This document shows, one piece after another, positions 39,820 through 54,633 of a stretch of 64,000 nt of DNA. The notes below the pieces were generated by a model. It searched no databases, was not told where the DNA came from, and saw only the letters and a list, made by a program, of their open reading frames with translations. The DNA lies in contig NC_043004.1 in the NCBI RefSeq assembly GCF_006345805.1, positions 94,984,001 to 95,048,000 of the forward strand, written 5' to 3'. The DNA is from Octopus sinensis (lineage: Eukaryota). Position 1 is the stretch's first letter. Each line of letters starts with the position of its first letter. The translations under genes were made by a program, and so were the position numbers.

Positions 39820-40164
39820 GGAGCACTCTGTCGGTTACGACGACGAGGGTCCCAGCTGATACGATCAACGGAACAGCTTGCTCGTGGAATTCCACAGACA
39901 CGTGTACCCTTAACGTAGTTCTCGGGGATATTCAGCGTGACACAGAGTGTGACAAGGCTGGCCCCTTGAAATACAGGTACAACAGAAACAGGAAGTAAGA
40001 GTGAGAGAAAGTTGTGGTGAAAGAGTACAGCAGGGTTCACCACCACCCCCTGCAGGAGCCTTGTGAAGCTTTAGGTGTTTTCGCTCAATAAACACTCACA
40101 ATGCCCAGTCTGGGAATCGAAACCGCGAGTCCGCTGCCCTAACCACTGGGCCATTGCGCCTCCA
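39820..40164 (-). mobile_element. SINE family D with 13-bp TSD
   Basis: tRNA-like head GGCGCAATGGCCCAGTGGTTAGG..GGTTTCGATTCCC; GAAGAATAAATAT at 39798-39810 and 40172-40184. Confidence 0.85.
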
Positions 40165-40984
40165 CTAAGAAGAAGAATAAATATATGCGTATGCGTGTCC
40201 ATCTTTGTGTGGATGAGAGACAATCTGTGTTATGTATGTATGTGCAGGCGTGTGTGTGTACATTTGTATGTGTGTATGTGCATGCGTGTGTGTGCATGTG
40301 CATATGTGTGTGGGTGTGTGTGTGGGTGGGTGGGTGTGTGAGGGTGTGTGTGTGCAAGAGAAACTACCCGAATGAAAATTAAAAGCATAAAAAACAAATC
40401 TCACACTTCCAATATAAATAATAATTTATTTCTTGAAACCTTTCGTATTAATTATGTGTTTGGTAATATGAAATTCTGAAGCAAATGTTTCGCGCATTCC
40501 TTTCAGAAACTAAGATATTATCGTCATCTCATATTTCATTAATTACACTTTTGTAAAAAAAAAAAAAGTTCCATCTTAACATTTAGGATGAATGAACATT
40601 GTAGTTTAAAAGTAAAGTTTCACAGTTTAATTATGTATAATTCACAGACTGTATGTACAAAATGTATCGTTATCAGCTTTCAGGATTTTTAATCATATGA
40701 ATATGTTGTGTATACCTTGTTTTAAAGGTATTTCCAATGAGTCTGGTGTAAAATTTAAAGGTAACAATATTATCAAGACAAACTGCAGTACACGAAGCCA
40801 GAGCGATTTAGCATTAAGAGGATAATAACTTTCGGTGTAAAAATACAGACTTGTTAAAGTAAATTTCTTCCTATTTCCCGGCAAAAGATAAATATAAAAA
40901 TGTTTCCAAGAAAATATCCAGCTAAATCTAACTATTCTTGCAGCACTAAATTTCCATCCTCTATTGCACATTTCAACACCAGGA

Positions 40985-41082
40985 ATCTATCTCGCACAAT
41001 GTCATTCCGGCCTCCCTTTTACAATAGCTCTTTAATATATATATATGCATCCTCACATACATATGCACACACATATACATGC

Positions 41083-41117
<35 letters not shown>

Positions 41118-41181
41118 TAATTAGATTGATAGATATAGATATGTATATATATGTATGTATATATAGATATAGACATGTATT

Positions 41182-41216
<35 letters not shown>

Positions 41217-41248
41217 GTGTGTATATATATATGTATATATATATATAT

Positions 41249-41292
<44 letters not shown>

Positions 41293-41420
41293 GTAGATAT
41301 AGATATGTATATGTATATATATGTATATATATACAGATATATATGTATCTATATATATATATATGTGCGTGTATAAATATATGTATATATATGTACATAT
41401 TATGTATATATATATGTATA

Positions 41421-41469
<49 letters not shown>

Positions 41470-41579
41470 TACATATATACATGCATATATGTATGCATGT
41501 ATAATGTAGATATATACGTATATTTTATCTTATACTATTCTTAATTATCCGAAGATAAGCAACGAGAATCTGTCTCTGT

Positions 41580-41628
<49 letters not shown>

Positions 41629-41823
41629 CCTGTCCTCCTTTATTTACACTTATATGTATAAGAGAATGAATATTTTTGTTTTTAGGCATTTATTTCTATA
41701 GACAATTATATAATTTCTACATATATATATTTGATGTATATTACACACACACATATATACATACATACACACAAACACATACCCATATATATAGAGAGAG
41801 ATATATATTCATGCCTATGTATG

Positions 41824-41868
<45 letters not shown>

Positions 41869-41935
41869 ATATACATATATATAATATAATTATATATACA
41901 TATAAAATATACGTATGTATGCACATAGGTAAGCA
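40985..41935. repeat. (AT)n/(GATA)n/(CT)n microsatellite field
   Basis: Direct inspection. Confidence 0.9.
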
Positions 41936-42669
41936 GTAGATTTATCATGCTTACAGCGATATATTAAAATGGAACTAAGAAAATAATAGTTCCTCTAGAG
42001 GAAATTAAAATAAAGATACTGAGGGGTGTGAGAAAAATCTGGTGGTGAGGGGTGATAAGGAAATTGACGAAAATAAACATATAGAAAATGCAAAAAACAA
42101 AAGAATGATAGTTGGATGGCAGTCGTAGCAGTATTGGACGATTGTGTTAGTAATGATGGCAGCTGGTAGTGATAGTGGTGAACGGATATTTTTTGTTTTT
42201 TTTGTTTCAGTGTTCGTGTTGTGTTAGGGTAATCGTATTTGTGATACTGTTGATGATGGCTGCGATGATGGTGTTTGCAATTGTAGTGATAGTGGTGAAG
42301 ATGGCTGTAAGTTTAAAATATTAGTGAAGGTATCGGCGCTAGTTTTAGTGTGAGCGTGATGGTAGAAATGCTGGTAGTAGAGTCGGCGGTGGTGTAGACT
42401 CTAATAGTAATATTGAAATGATGTTAGTGGAAAAGATAGAGTGATAGCAGTGGCTTCAGTTATTCGTGTGTTCATATGATTGATGTGCACCGAAGGAGAG
42501 TTTACCAATTCTGAGCAGTAAATGTCGGCATTATCGAGAGCAGACTGATTTAAATCTAGGCAAAGTGTAAACATTTAGAGCTTTGTTCAGCTTTTGAGGC
42601 GATTGCCTACAATGTAATTTTGGTTATAAATTGATTTTCTGAAGCACTTTACTTGTTTCCCTTGTTCAT

Positions 42670-42960
42670 GGTATTGCAGTTGTTGTTGGTGTTGGTGTTG
42701 GTGTTGTTGTTGTTGTTGTTGCTGCTTCTGTTATTGTGGTTGCTATTGTTGCTGTCGTTGTTGTTGTTGTTGTTGTTGTTGTGTTGTTGTTGTTGTTGAT
42801 GATGATAATGATGATGATGATGATACTGATGTCCATAATATTATTACTGCTGTTACCTCCATATTATTATTGTTGTTGTTATTATTATTATTATTATTAT
42901 TGTTGCTGTTGTTGTTGTTCTTGTTGTTCTTGTTGTTGTTGTTGTTAATGTTGTCGTTGA
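42670..42960. repeat. (GTT)n/(GAT)n/(TTA)n trinucleotide field
   Basis: Direct inspection. Confidence 0.92.
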
Positions 42961-43524
42961 TATTGTTATTTTTACTATCGTTATTACAGAATTCAGCTTA
43001 ATCGCCTTGGTTTTCTTATTGTTGATGCTAAGTCATAAATTTTGAATTATTAATACCATTATTACTATTATTGAATATCAAAAGAAACCGCAACAACAAA
43101 AACAACCACAATACCAAGTAGACCAGTAGCAAAACATACAAGAAACATTCACCCTCATCGTCACTACTGGAACTGGAATCAAACAATGAGTTGATAGAGT
43201 ACACATGGCAACTAGACAAAACAACACAGACAAAACTCTACTAGCTGATTTCTAAAGAAAATCACATCGGACATATACAAAAACATGAAAATAAAACTCC
43301 CATAAAACGCAGAATTGTATGTAAAACAGATAGCAAAACCCTTTGTGGAAAAACTTCCACAGACTATTTTGCCACACCGAGAACATCTTAATTACCTGTC
43401 TTAATCTAAGACTTGGGTAAGATGTGTTTCTACCTTCTTTTCTCCTAAAGTACCTGGTCAAACTCAGAATGGGGTGCATAAATGCGCATCATCTAGCGTT
43501 GGCTTTGAAGTCACTTTCCCACTG

Positions 43525-43745
43525 ATCTTAACTCAAAAGTCGTAGATGTAGTAGCCATGAGTGAGACCATGCACTGACATGCGCAGTGGAGCCCATTTTT
43601 CGACGACTACAAGTTGTACGCATCATTTGGGTCGGCCTGGACTAGATGGCAGACCGGTAGAGCTGTTTCGGGAAGGCTTAGATTTCAATGAACGGACTAT
43701 CTTTCTGGGTTGAAATAGTAAGCAAGTGGTGGTACTGGACTTTAG
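43525..43745 (+). mobile_element. L1/Tx1-type AP-endonuclease fragment
   Basis: VDVVAMSET..FFDDYKLYASFG..LFREGLDFNERTIFL..KQVVVLD resembles the APE N-terminus. Confidence 0.5.
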
Positions 43746-44526
43746 GAACAAAAAAAAAATGAAACCCAGTTTGAAGTAAAATAATAATAATTTTGGCGAA
43801 ACGAACAGTTACCAATCTTTCCGAATTGAAAAAAATAAGCATACAACGTTATAGATTACATAGAAAATTTTGTCGATCCAAAAACCAATAAGCAAGATAT
43901 CAATTTTTGCAATCGTATTTTGGAAAGAAGTGTTGTATAGAAATATACGTTCTGCAAGCAGACCATGATGTTATTTACAAATTATCCAAGATCATACCAC
44001 TAAACATTTTTCGAAATTTATAGAATTATTACACCTAATCTATATCTAAAATAAATAATAATTTTCTATCTGCTTACTTCAAATCTTTTTAAAGAACGTT
44101 GTTAATGTACCTCTTTGTAAAATTAGTAAAATATATAATCGCTATACACATTTAATTTTTTCTAATTTCTATCTTCATTTATTTATTTATTTATTTACTT
44201 ATTTACATTTTATTTCCCACTCGTATCCCATAAATTTATTTCCTTATCGATTCAACACTAACTTTGGAGAATTTTGACTGTCAAACAATAAAGAAGAACA
44301 TTATGTTGTTAGTGAGGAGAAAATTCTTGTAATAATTATCAATTCAACTCCAAACAGACAGAGGAAGCAACACCGTAATATAAACTGAATGAAATTAATG
44401 AAGGATAAAGGAAAGGGGAAGGAATTCTGATCCTTTGCTGTACGATGACTCAGATATGTTTTCGCATCAGGTAAATCATAGTCTTGTCATTACTGAGTGA
44501 TCTTGGAAGATCTGAGAAGTATTTTT

Positions 44527-44908
44527 AGCTTTTATCTTTTACTTGTTTCAGTCATTAAATTGCCGTCATGTTATAGCACCGCTTTAAAGAATTTTTAGTC
44601 GACTGAATCGACTCCAATACTTATTTAGTTTAAGCCTGGCACTTATTCTATCAGTGTCCTTTGCCGAACCACCAACATCGATTGTCAAATGGGGAAGGGG
44701 CGAACACAGACACAAAGACACACATACATAGATTGATATACATACGACGGGCTTCTTTCGGTTTCCGTCAACCAAATCCACTCACAAGGGTTTGGTCGGC
44801 CCGAAACTATAATAGAAAACATATGCCGAGGGTGCTACGCAGTGGGTCTGAACCCTGAACCAAGTCGTTGACAAGCAAGTTTCTTACTACGCAGACACTC
44901 CTTCGCTC
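44527..44908 (-). mobile_element. Diverged SINE family B
   Basis: Head, body and tail recognisable with many substitutions. Confidence 0.8.
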
Positions 44909-45347
44909 AATTATGTATACTTTTAGTAAATAAACATTGGACGATTTGATAATTAGAATGAATAAGTGGGGAAACGCACAAAAACACTTGCTAGATGTTA
45001 TACACGTTGCCAGGTTATTACTAATACTGCGAATGTAATGAACCAATAAGAATTCAATTAAAAATTGCAGCCATGCTGTAAAAGATCACCTATTATCTTA
45101 ATGAAATCTGCTCAAAATGGCACTTAAGATTATTTGTGTCTAAGCAAGTTGTTGATAACAAATGAATGTTTAGTTTGTTTTCAGAGGTTTTGTGACAATT
45201 TTAAGTTATATGTGCATATCCATGTACATTCCACTTTTGTCTGAAGATCCAAAAGACGAAGACAAAAGCAACAATCGAGGAATTTCAAGTTCAGTTAAAG
45301 CTTACGTAAATGTGTGTTTGAGTGCATATATACTTTTGTAACGTGTG

Positions 45348-45381
<34 letters not shown>

Positions 45382-45436
45382 ATATTATATATATATATAT
45401 AAGTTATTTCTAAGTTATATACATATATATATATAT

Positions 45437-45606
45437 ACACAGGAGTGGCTGTGTGGTAAGTAGCTTGCTAACCAGCCACATGGTTCCGGGTTCAGTCCCA
45501 CTGTGTGGCATCTTAGGCAAGTGTCTTCTGCTATAGCCCCGGGCCGACCAATGGCTCGTGAGTGGATTTGGTAGACGGAAACTGAAAGAAGCCTGTTGTA
45601 TATATG

Positions 45607-45641
<35 letters not shown>

Positions 45642-45716
45642 GTGTGTGTGTGTTTGTGTGTCTGTGTTTGTCCTCCTAGCATCGCTTGACAACCGATGCT
45701 GGTGTGTTTACGTCCT
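45437..45716 (+). mobile_element. SINE family B truncated at GTGTTTACGTCC
   Basis: Homology stops where a 121-bp element with 16-bp inverted repeats begins (45718-45838). Confidence 0.85.
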
Positions 45717-46245
45717 CCAGCTGGCTATAGACAATACTCAGAAACTCGAGTCCGTGTGTATCATAAGTTGGAGACGGGAAAGATGACTTCCCTTTGCAAA
45801 TACTGATAGGGCATAGAAAGTGTGTCTATAGCCAGCTGAAGGAGGTGTCCTCCTGGGGCTACAAACTACAGTAGCATCCACTCTTTGGGGTTAGCCATAT
45901 TTAAATGGCAAATATACGTCACGATGCCTAAATACGTATCGTGAGAAATTAGGCTTCCCAAAACCAGAAAGGAGAAAGCTAATTCGAAGACTACACATCG
46001 ACTTTCAGTGGGAAGTGTAGAAGATCTCTAAAACTTTCCAGAATGTTTCATTTAAATATATATGAGCATGATTAGATATGCAACTCTATGCATGAGAAAA
46101 CATACAAATCTGCACATATATACATTCAAACATGCATACAAAAATACCCTGTTGTTGACGGACCCTTGGATCTAGGCTAGAAACCGGTCCTTTCTGTCGT
46201 GGTAAGAAATCTTGAAATAAACTGTATAATGACATACATACAAAC

Positions 46246-46276
<31 letters not shown>

Positions 46277-46393
46277 TATCGGAGAAATAGCAACCTCTCT
46301 CGTGCTAGTTCCACAATAGAATATAGCCAGTACGCTCTGTATATATAAACCTATTCACACACATGCACATACTCGCTCACACAGTAATATATA

Positions 46394-46470
<77 letters not shown>

Positions 46471-46473
46471 ATG

Positions 46474-46505
<32 letters not shown>

Positions 46506-48511
46506 CATAGATACACATATATATGTATACATGTACGTATGTATCTATGTGTATATGTATGTATATATGCGTATGTGCACGAGTGCGTTTTATATCTATA
46601 AAATCACTGCTTCACTGTGCGTTAAAGAGTTAATGATCGATTTTCAACGAATAATTTTTACTAGATGTATTAGATACGTTCTAACCCAATTTCACTTGTA
46701 ATCATGAACGTAACTATTATATGTACTCTGTGTGTGTGCGCGCGCTTGTGTGATTCCAATAATTGGCATTAGAAAACCTTTGAGTTGTCAAGATAGTCTA
46801 TTTACTGGCAACTCAGCTGATCTAATGTGTTCAACGTAGAAAATATGAAATATTTTCAATTGAAATGAAACAAATTTTAAAAGAACTTTTATGGAAATTT
46901 CACAGTTTTGAATAGCTTTCGTGTTAATATTTACCATAGCAAAAGAGCCTTTATCAATCTTTCAACCCACTCTTGCATAAACATAATAGGTTTTTATTAC
47001 AAGGAGGATCTAACAATTTAACAGGATTTATAGTAAATTTCGTATTGACAATATAACCGTTTAAAGAACATTTTGTTGTTATTCTGGAAATATTATTATT
47101 GACGTTTTGAAAATTATCATGCAAACTTTTATGAAATGTTTTTACCCTGTATAAACACGTGCCTTGTTCAATGAGGTCATATATATGCAGTTGGGTGTGT
47201 GTTTGTGTGTTTGCGTGTGCGTAAGTGTGTGTGTGTATGTATGTTTTGGAACATGGGACTGTTTTGAGTGTGTGTACATATATATGTATATGTACATATA
47301 TATATGTATATATAGATTTATGCATATGTGGGCATCCATACATATGTACACACGTATCAATATGCAGAAATACACCATACATACACACATATACACGCTT
47401 ACAGAGAGAAAGAGAGAGAAAGTGAGTGGAAGTGAGAGAGGTTAGCTTGTTGTTTAAGACAAAAGAACTCGAAACCTTGATAAAGAACTCAATATCTAGC
47501 TGTTAGAATAATCAACGTTTCCAATTGTTCTTGCCTTGACAGTAATTTCACAAGGAAAGATCAACAATAGGAACTATATATATATATATATATATATATA
47601 TGCATATATAGGCAAATGTATGTGTGTATATACATACACACGCACTTATTTATGTGTTTGTGTATATGCATGTGTGTTTGTATTTACATGCATGCGTCTC
47701 CTTTCAATATTAATTTGCAAATTATCTTTGGCCAACAATGCATTAAACTAGATCATTAAACTGTCTATAACGTCTTGAAGGTGAGAAGGCAATGATATAC
47801 TGATGAGCCAAAGTGAGACCAAAACACCTGTCCATAGCTCTTCCTTACCAAAAAAAAAAAATCAGATTGCCATATTTTCTTAAGCATATTAATTCAATTA
47901 TGAAATTATCTCCCCTTTTCATTCAGTGTTGCTAAGAACTTCCGTTATGCTTTCATTTTCCTTCTCTATCCATCGGGAGATTTTTGACGAATGTAGTATT
48001 TATCAGGTACAATGTTCAGTACACCCCTGATGTTGACTTTGCTATTTGCGTTTATGTACGTGTATATATAAACCTGGAGACACATACATATAGAGACAAG
48101 CACTTACAGGCAGTCATACACAAAAATAAACTAAAAATCAATTCTATTACCGGGATGGTGTCAAAGATTGCTCTTAATCCTATAATCCTGATAAATTTTA
48201 GTGTGTAGAAAGGCAAGTGAGTACTGAGACCTAACGTCATTCTGATAAAACGAATTGCAAGATTTGATTTCAACAGTAATGTCCGCAAGAGCGTGTGGTA
48301 CATGCATATAGAAAGACTGAGTACAATAGCTTTGTCACATCACAATATGAAATAACTTAGTTGATAGATTATGATACTTTTTACTCATATCATCACTTCG
48401 CCTCCAAAGATTTTCTGACATATTTCATCAACCTCAGAAGAATAAAAAAAAAGGTCAAATATGACGCACTATCTTTATTTCATATTCTACGGATACTACA
48501 TTCCACCATTC

Positions 48512-48562
<51 letters not shown>

Positions 48563-48633
48563 TGTGTGTATAGTGAGATTTACAAAAGAAAAAACAAAGA
48601 CGAAGACAGTTGTGTAAACAACAAACAGATGCA

Positions 48634-48828
48634 CGAGAGGTTGCTGGAAAGTTCCTAGCTTCGGGGTACAAGAAAATGCAAAAGGATCAGTTAATTCAGA
48701 TTTTATTCAACATATTCCCCTCTCAGATTCACACACTCATTGCAGAAGTCCTTCAGTTCTTCTAAGCCTTGTAAAAGAACTCGGAAGTTTGGGCCACCAA
48801 CCAGGAACCTTTCAGCACCAACCTCTCG
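48634..48828 (-). mobile_element. mariner-derived MITE
   Basis: CGAGAGGTTGCTGGAAAGTTCCT / AGGAACCTTTCAGCACCAACCTCTCG followed by TA; reverse complement resembles 5080-5284. Confidence 0.78.
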
Positions 48829-48834
48829 TAAATA

Positions 48835-49722
48835 CAGAGTGAATGGAAAGTAAGTAGGCATTAAAAATTGGTAATAAAATCCATATTCCTTTTTAAAATT
48901 TATTGAAACAAATGAATCGTTTTCTTTATTACATGGAAAAATGAAAGTAAATCTTTATATTTCAACGTAAGCACCGGTGGCATCAACCAGTTTCCTAAAA
49001 CGGCCAGGGAAAGAATGAACAACCTTCTGAAGGATTTTGTCTGGGATATCATTGAAAACATCCTGAATTTATGTCTCCGTATCCTCCCGTGTGCGAGGTT
49101 TTTTCTTGTACACCTCTTTTGTGTAACCCCGCAAGCAAAAACCACATGGGGTGAGATCTGTACTACTTGGAGTTCTGGACTTTTGGACTCCTGTGATCAC
49201 AGTCTCCAGGTTTTAACTCCTGCACGTAATGGGGTTTCCATGGATGAAAATTCAATTCTTTAGGTAACACCGTACGTATTGTGTGTCTTGTTAGTCCACT
49301 TTCACGAGCTGCTTGATGTGCTGATTTTTGCTGGCTGCGATTAAAGATTTCCTGCACTTTTGCCCCGTTCTCCGCTGATCGGCCACTTCTTGCATCCTTC
49401 ACAGAGCCAGTAATCATTAGCTTTTTATGATAACTTTTTCTTGTCTCCGGGCGTAGCATTGCATGCTTATCTTTCCTTGCACACCACCATCTCTGAACCA
49501 AAACAATGGAATTCCACACTTCATAGCGTGCTGCTATCTTAGCTCGTTCTTGAACAGTCAAGCGACCGGGAATCTGGAAAATAAAAAACAAGAAATAAAA
49601 CAATAAGAAAATAAGAAATCCCCATTAGTGTTGTCTGTCTAAAAGATGTTTTCGTAATGACTTTAGTGATACTAAAAATATATAAGCAACTTCTAATGCC
49701 TGGTTACTTTCCACCCACCCTG
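48835..49722 (-). mobile_element. Internally deleted Tc1/mariner element (DD37D/maT-like)
   Basis: ~26-bp TIRs CAG(A/G)GTG..TGGAAAGTAA..AGGCA. N-terminus RLTVQERAKIAARYEVWNSIVLVQRWW..RSGRS..SAHQAARESGL..PWKPHYVQEL (DUF4817/HTH-like) joined to STDLTPCGFCLRGYTKEVY (SPDL motif remnant); most of the catalytic domain is deleted. Confidence 0.82.
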
Positions 49723-49750
49723 TGCATGTATATATATATATATATATATA

Positions 49751-49943
49751 TACTCTTTTACTTGTTTCAGTCATTTGACTGCGGCCATGCTGGAGCATCG
49801 CCTTTAATCCGACCCCGGGACTTATTCTTTGTAAGCCCAGTACTTATTCTATCGGTCTCTTTTGCCGAACCGCTAAGTGAGAGCGACTTAAACACACCAC
49901 CATCGGTTGTCAAGCAATGCTAGGGGGACAAACAGAGACACAC

Positions 49944-50001
<58 letters not shown>

Positions 50002-50168
50002 TACGACGGGCTTCTTTCAGTTTCCGTCTACCAAATCCACTCACAAGGCTTTGGTCGGCCCGAGGCTATAGTAGAAGACACTTGTCCAAGATGCCACGCA
50101 GTGGGACTAAACCCGGAACCACGTGGTTGGTAAGCAAGCTACTTACCACACAGCCACTCCTGCGCCTA
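49751..50168 (-). mobile_element. SINE family B
   Basis: Complete copy. Confidence 0.92.
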
Positions 50169-53022
50169 TAATATATGCAAACTGGGGTATGGAACAATGT
50201 TTCTGGAGGTACATGCATCAACATATCCACCCGGTTATGTCCGAATATAATGCTTCTTATTAGATTAATACAATTTTTGCAAATTTTGAAAATGCTTGTT
50301 TGGAACAGGCAATGATTAGAGAAAATTACACTTTATACCCCAGGGATAAACATAAAGTGTTACTAATACTGAACTGCTTTATCATTTATCTTTATTTGTA
50401 TTATTTATTTTATATATAGACACACATATATTTCTTCTATATTATCTTTCTATCCAGAGACATTGAAATATTTTAATCTATTCAAATTATTTTTATATAT
50501 GCAGTTAATCAAATACTTCTCGTTAACAGAAACACACACATACACAAACAGCACACATATACGCACACACATATAAACACACACACACACACATACACAC
50601 ACACACATGCACACACACGTGCATAATCAAAGATTAGTGAAGAGAGATAGCCCACAGTGGATATTGGCACGATTTTGAACACCAAAGATGAAAAAAAGTA
50701 TATCATATACTGTACAAGATAAATTCTTGATTTACAGTAAATCTTTTCGCTTCAAGCAAAAGTAAACAAACACCCAGCGGCAATTGAATCTGACTCCCAA
50801 TGAAATGTGCGTGAGTAAATGTGCGTGAGTGTGTGTGTGTGTTTGTGTGAGTGTACGCGCGCGCGTGTACATATGCGCACACCACGCGTACACACACACT
50901 CATACACACATGTATGTGTGTGTGTGTGTGTGTGTGTATGAATATATGTGTGTATATGTGTATTTACGCTTGTATGCTTGTATGTATGTATCTATTTTCT
51001 AACTCATTCTTGTTAACGATTCCAAATTTCCCTGCTTAGATTTTGTTTGACAACCAAAAACCTTAAAAAATCTGACTTCGGAAAATTAAACTTTCAGCTT
51101 AAGGAATCCTCTCAGTACCGAATACTCCTTTTTCTTTCCTGTCTTTAATGAATAATACAATCTGCTCCACACCACGAATTAGAAAACTGTAATAATACGG
51201 ATTTAAACTACTGAATATGGAATATTCGCGAGATCTTTAAACGAAGAACACTTTTAATGAGATGAAACACATATCTGTTTGAGATTGGAAATCCTAGTAC
51301 AGATGGCAGCGATAAGCATATACTTAAAGTGTACAGAATTTCATTTCCAAACAAGCATCAACAAAACTTTACAAAAATTGTATTAATCTAACAAGAAGCA
51401 TTATATTCGGAAATTTATCAATAAATTTCTGAGCTTTTTGAAAACAAACCTGAAAATTTAACCTAACCAAAAGTTGGGATGCGTGGCGTTTCGCATTTCT
51501 ATGAAGAAGTATTTAGCTGTAGACGATTTTTGAATAGGATAATAATCTATGCCCAGGTGTGTGGCTCCCAAACTTAGAAAGAGAAAGAGAAAGACATGTG
51601 GTATAATCCACTTTTTAGCTTAAATTTTGGAACAACTGCAGTGAAGTTGTTTAAATTAATCTCACTTCATTTTAATAGAGATCGTATTTATAAGTTCTTT
51701 TACAGAAATTCTATTAAAGAATCTTCCTCTTTTTGAAAAATTTTGGCAGGTCTATTAATTCAATTAATGTAAAATATATATCAAATAACAGTAGTACCAA
51801 AATATGTAAACTTTTATAAGTCAGACTCGCCATACAAATATTCAAAAGAAATTCCGCACAGCTTCCAACTTTATTATCGACTTCTGTTTAACTATTACTT
51901 CTGTGCTGCGTTACAGACTGCATTTAATTAAATTATGTACATTACATGGCTTTCGGAATAAAATTTCAATTTCGAACGCATTCTAGTACATTTTTCCTCA
52001 GATATTATGTGAATTACACTTTTTTGATTTCTTTCTTTCTTTATATATATTAGTATTTGAACTGGAATGACGTCCTTCGAACGGCCTTGCATACATTTAG
52101 CTAACAAGATTGAACTGCGTCGTTATTTCATTAAATCATATGTGTGTGCGTGTGAGTGACGAGCGTGTGTGTTGCAATATGCGCGTGTGTGTGTGTAAGC
52201 ACCCGTGTATATACTTATTGTGTATACCGCGTTGCTAGACAACTAACTGTGGAATTCATCTGAGATAATATATCATATGAACGTTCTGTGTAAAAGAAAA
52301 CTACGTATATATCGGAGAGTGACAAAACTGGTCTTAACAGCGGCCAAGGAGAAAGCCTGATGTATTTCAGCCTAGTTGAGATTTACCAACGACCTGATCT
52401 CACAGCGAGCTACATGCCTAGGCGAGTTTTGGCACCTCCGATAAAGAAAACAATGAGCGATATATTCAGTGATGCTGCGAATAACTGCCTGGCTGAATAA
52501 AAATACTGTTACAAGCAACTGAAGCAGTTTTAAATTAAAGTACTTACCTGCATCATACTTAATATGAAATATAGTTGACAGGCAAGTTGCTGCGGTATTC
52601 TTCCGAGAAAAACTTTTATGAGCATATTTTATGAGCATAATAACATAATATATATCAGAAACACAAAAATTCGTCCCAGCAGCAGCAGCAGCTTCCAAGA
52701 AGTCTAGTGGCATTACGTTCTAACCAATGTATGAAACTTGAGTCCATTAAGTCACTCTGTGACTTCTGCTGAACAATAAAACATGTGCGCGCGCGCGCGT
52801 GTGTGTGTGTGTGTATTTGTTTGTGTTTGTTCCTGACCCTCGCATGACAAACGTTGTTGGTTTGTTTACGTCCCCGAAAATTTAGTAAGTCTGCAAAAGA
52901 AACCAATAGAATGAGTACCAGAGTGTTGGTCTTCCATAAACAACCTTGCCCGGACTTGTGCTTCGGAAGGGAACTGTCTAGGTGCAATTCCATGGTCATT
53001 CATTTCTCTCTCACTCACTCAC

Positions 53023-53120
<98 letters not shown>

Positions 53121-53121
<1 letters not shown>

Positions 53122-53280
53122 ATAGTTGAAATTTATAGAAAAACAAAGGGCGAAGACAGGTGTATGAACAAGTAAGTGTAATCGTTTGACGATCGGGAAA
53201 ATGAAAAAAGTCTCTTACATTTCGAGCCTACGCTCTTCAACAGAAAGGAATAATAGAAAATAGAGAGAGAATGAAAAAGA
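53121..53280 (-). mobile_element. Penelope-like end with hammerhead-like motif
   Basis: Minus strand CTTT CTGTTGA A GAGC GTAG GCTC GAAA TGTA AGAG. Confidence 0.58.
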
Positions 53281-53341
53281 AGTTGTACATTTAGCGATCA
53301 AGCTATATATATATTACTATTTGTATACATGCATATATATG

Positions 53342-53601
53342 TGGAGGCGCGTGGCTTAGTGGTTAAGGTGTCAGCGTCATGATCGTAAGATTGTGGTTTC
53401 GATTCCTGGACCGAGCGACGCGTTGTGTTCTTGAGCAAAACACTTCATTTCATGTTGCTCCAGTCCACTCAGCTGACAAAAATGAGTAACGCTGCGATGG
53501 ACTGGCGTCCCGTCCAGCTGGAGAACACATAGGCCATAGAAACCGGGAAACCGGGCCCATGAGCCTGGCTAGGCTTTAAAAGGGCGCATTTATTATTATT
53601 A
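53342..53601 (+). mobile_element. tRNA-derived SINE with Meta-like body and V-domain-like segment
   Basis: GGCGCGTGGCTTAGTGGTTAAG..GGTTTCGATTCC head, TTCTTGAGCAAAACACTT body, CTGCGATGGACTGGCGTCCCGTCCAG, (TTA)n tail. Confidence 0.82.
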
Positions 53602-54569
53602 TACATGCATATATGACTCCAGACTTTACCTAAACTGAGAGACGCAGCACATACCGGGAAAGCACCATTTAAAAGGTAACTGGATCAGCTTAAATAACTG
53701 CCTGTGTGTGGCGTAGGCGTGTATCTGTACATACGTATGTAACCACATAGAAGTGCGTGTGTATATCAACATATATATATATATATGCACACAGGCGTGC
53801 TCACACAAGCACAAACACACAAATTCAATCACACATTATATTAAATCTTTTCATTTATTTGTTTCCTTTTTCATTTGATTTTAGTGTTAATGTCTCAAGC
53901 CTCAAACACATGAATGGAAAAATTTTAATTTTTTTTTTATTATGAACAAGTCAGCTTATCAATATTTTACGACTGTCTGCTAAATTTTTATGGTGAACCT
54001 ATAATTCTTAAAAATATTGAGTTTTATTGCTTCCATCTTTAATATCAAGTTTTATTCGTAGTCTGTCTTTGAGAAATATATGTTGCAGGACAACATTTTC
54101 TTTTTAATATTAAAACAATATGTATATATATTTATATATATAAGCATATATTTGTATCTGTATATATCTCTACAAACATATATATATTTACGTGTATATA
54201 TACATATATATATATGCTTGTATAAATTTTTTTATGTTTATGCGATATATACACACACGTACACATACCTACATGTATGCATGTACGTGCGTACGTACGT
54301 CTGTATGTGTATGTACCTGTATATAGCAAATAAACATTTAAAATTTGGATAAAAATGACAATTAACTAACATAATAGTATCGATTTAATAAAGAGAAAAA
54401 CAACGATAATAGCTGTGTGATATCGACATATGTCAAATTAGACACATAATGACAGTTAGTCACTCATATAGACCTATATAGTTACAATATATATACACCT
54501 GTATAAGTTCTTAACTGCATATATAAACATTTATACATTATCTTGCCCCTATCTATATGTGTATATATG

Positions 54570-54580
54570 TGTACAGGTGC

Positions 54581-54633
<53 letters not shown>

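Noticed and set aside
47790-47840. CTGATGA..CAAAAC..GTC hammerhead candidate
   Set aside because: GAAA is absent and stems I and II pair poorly.
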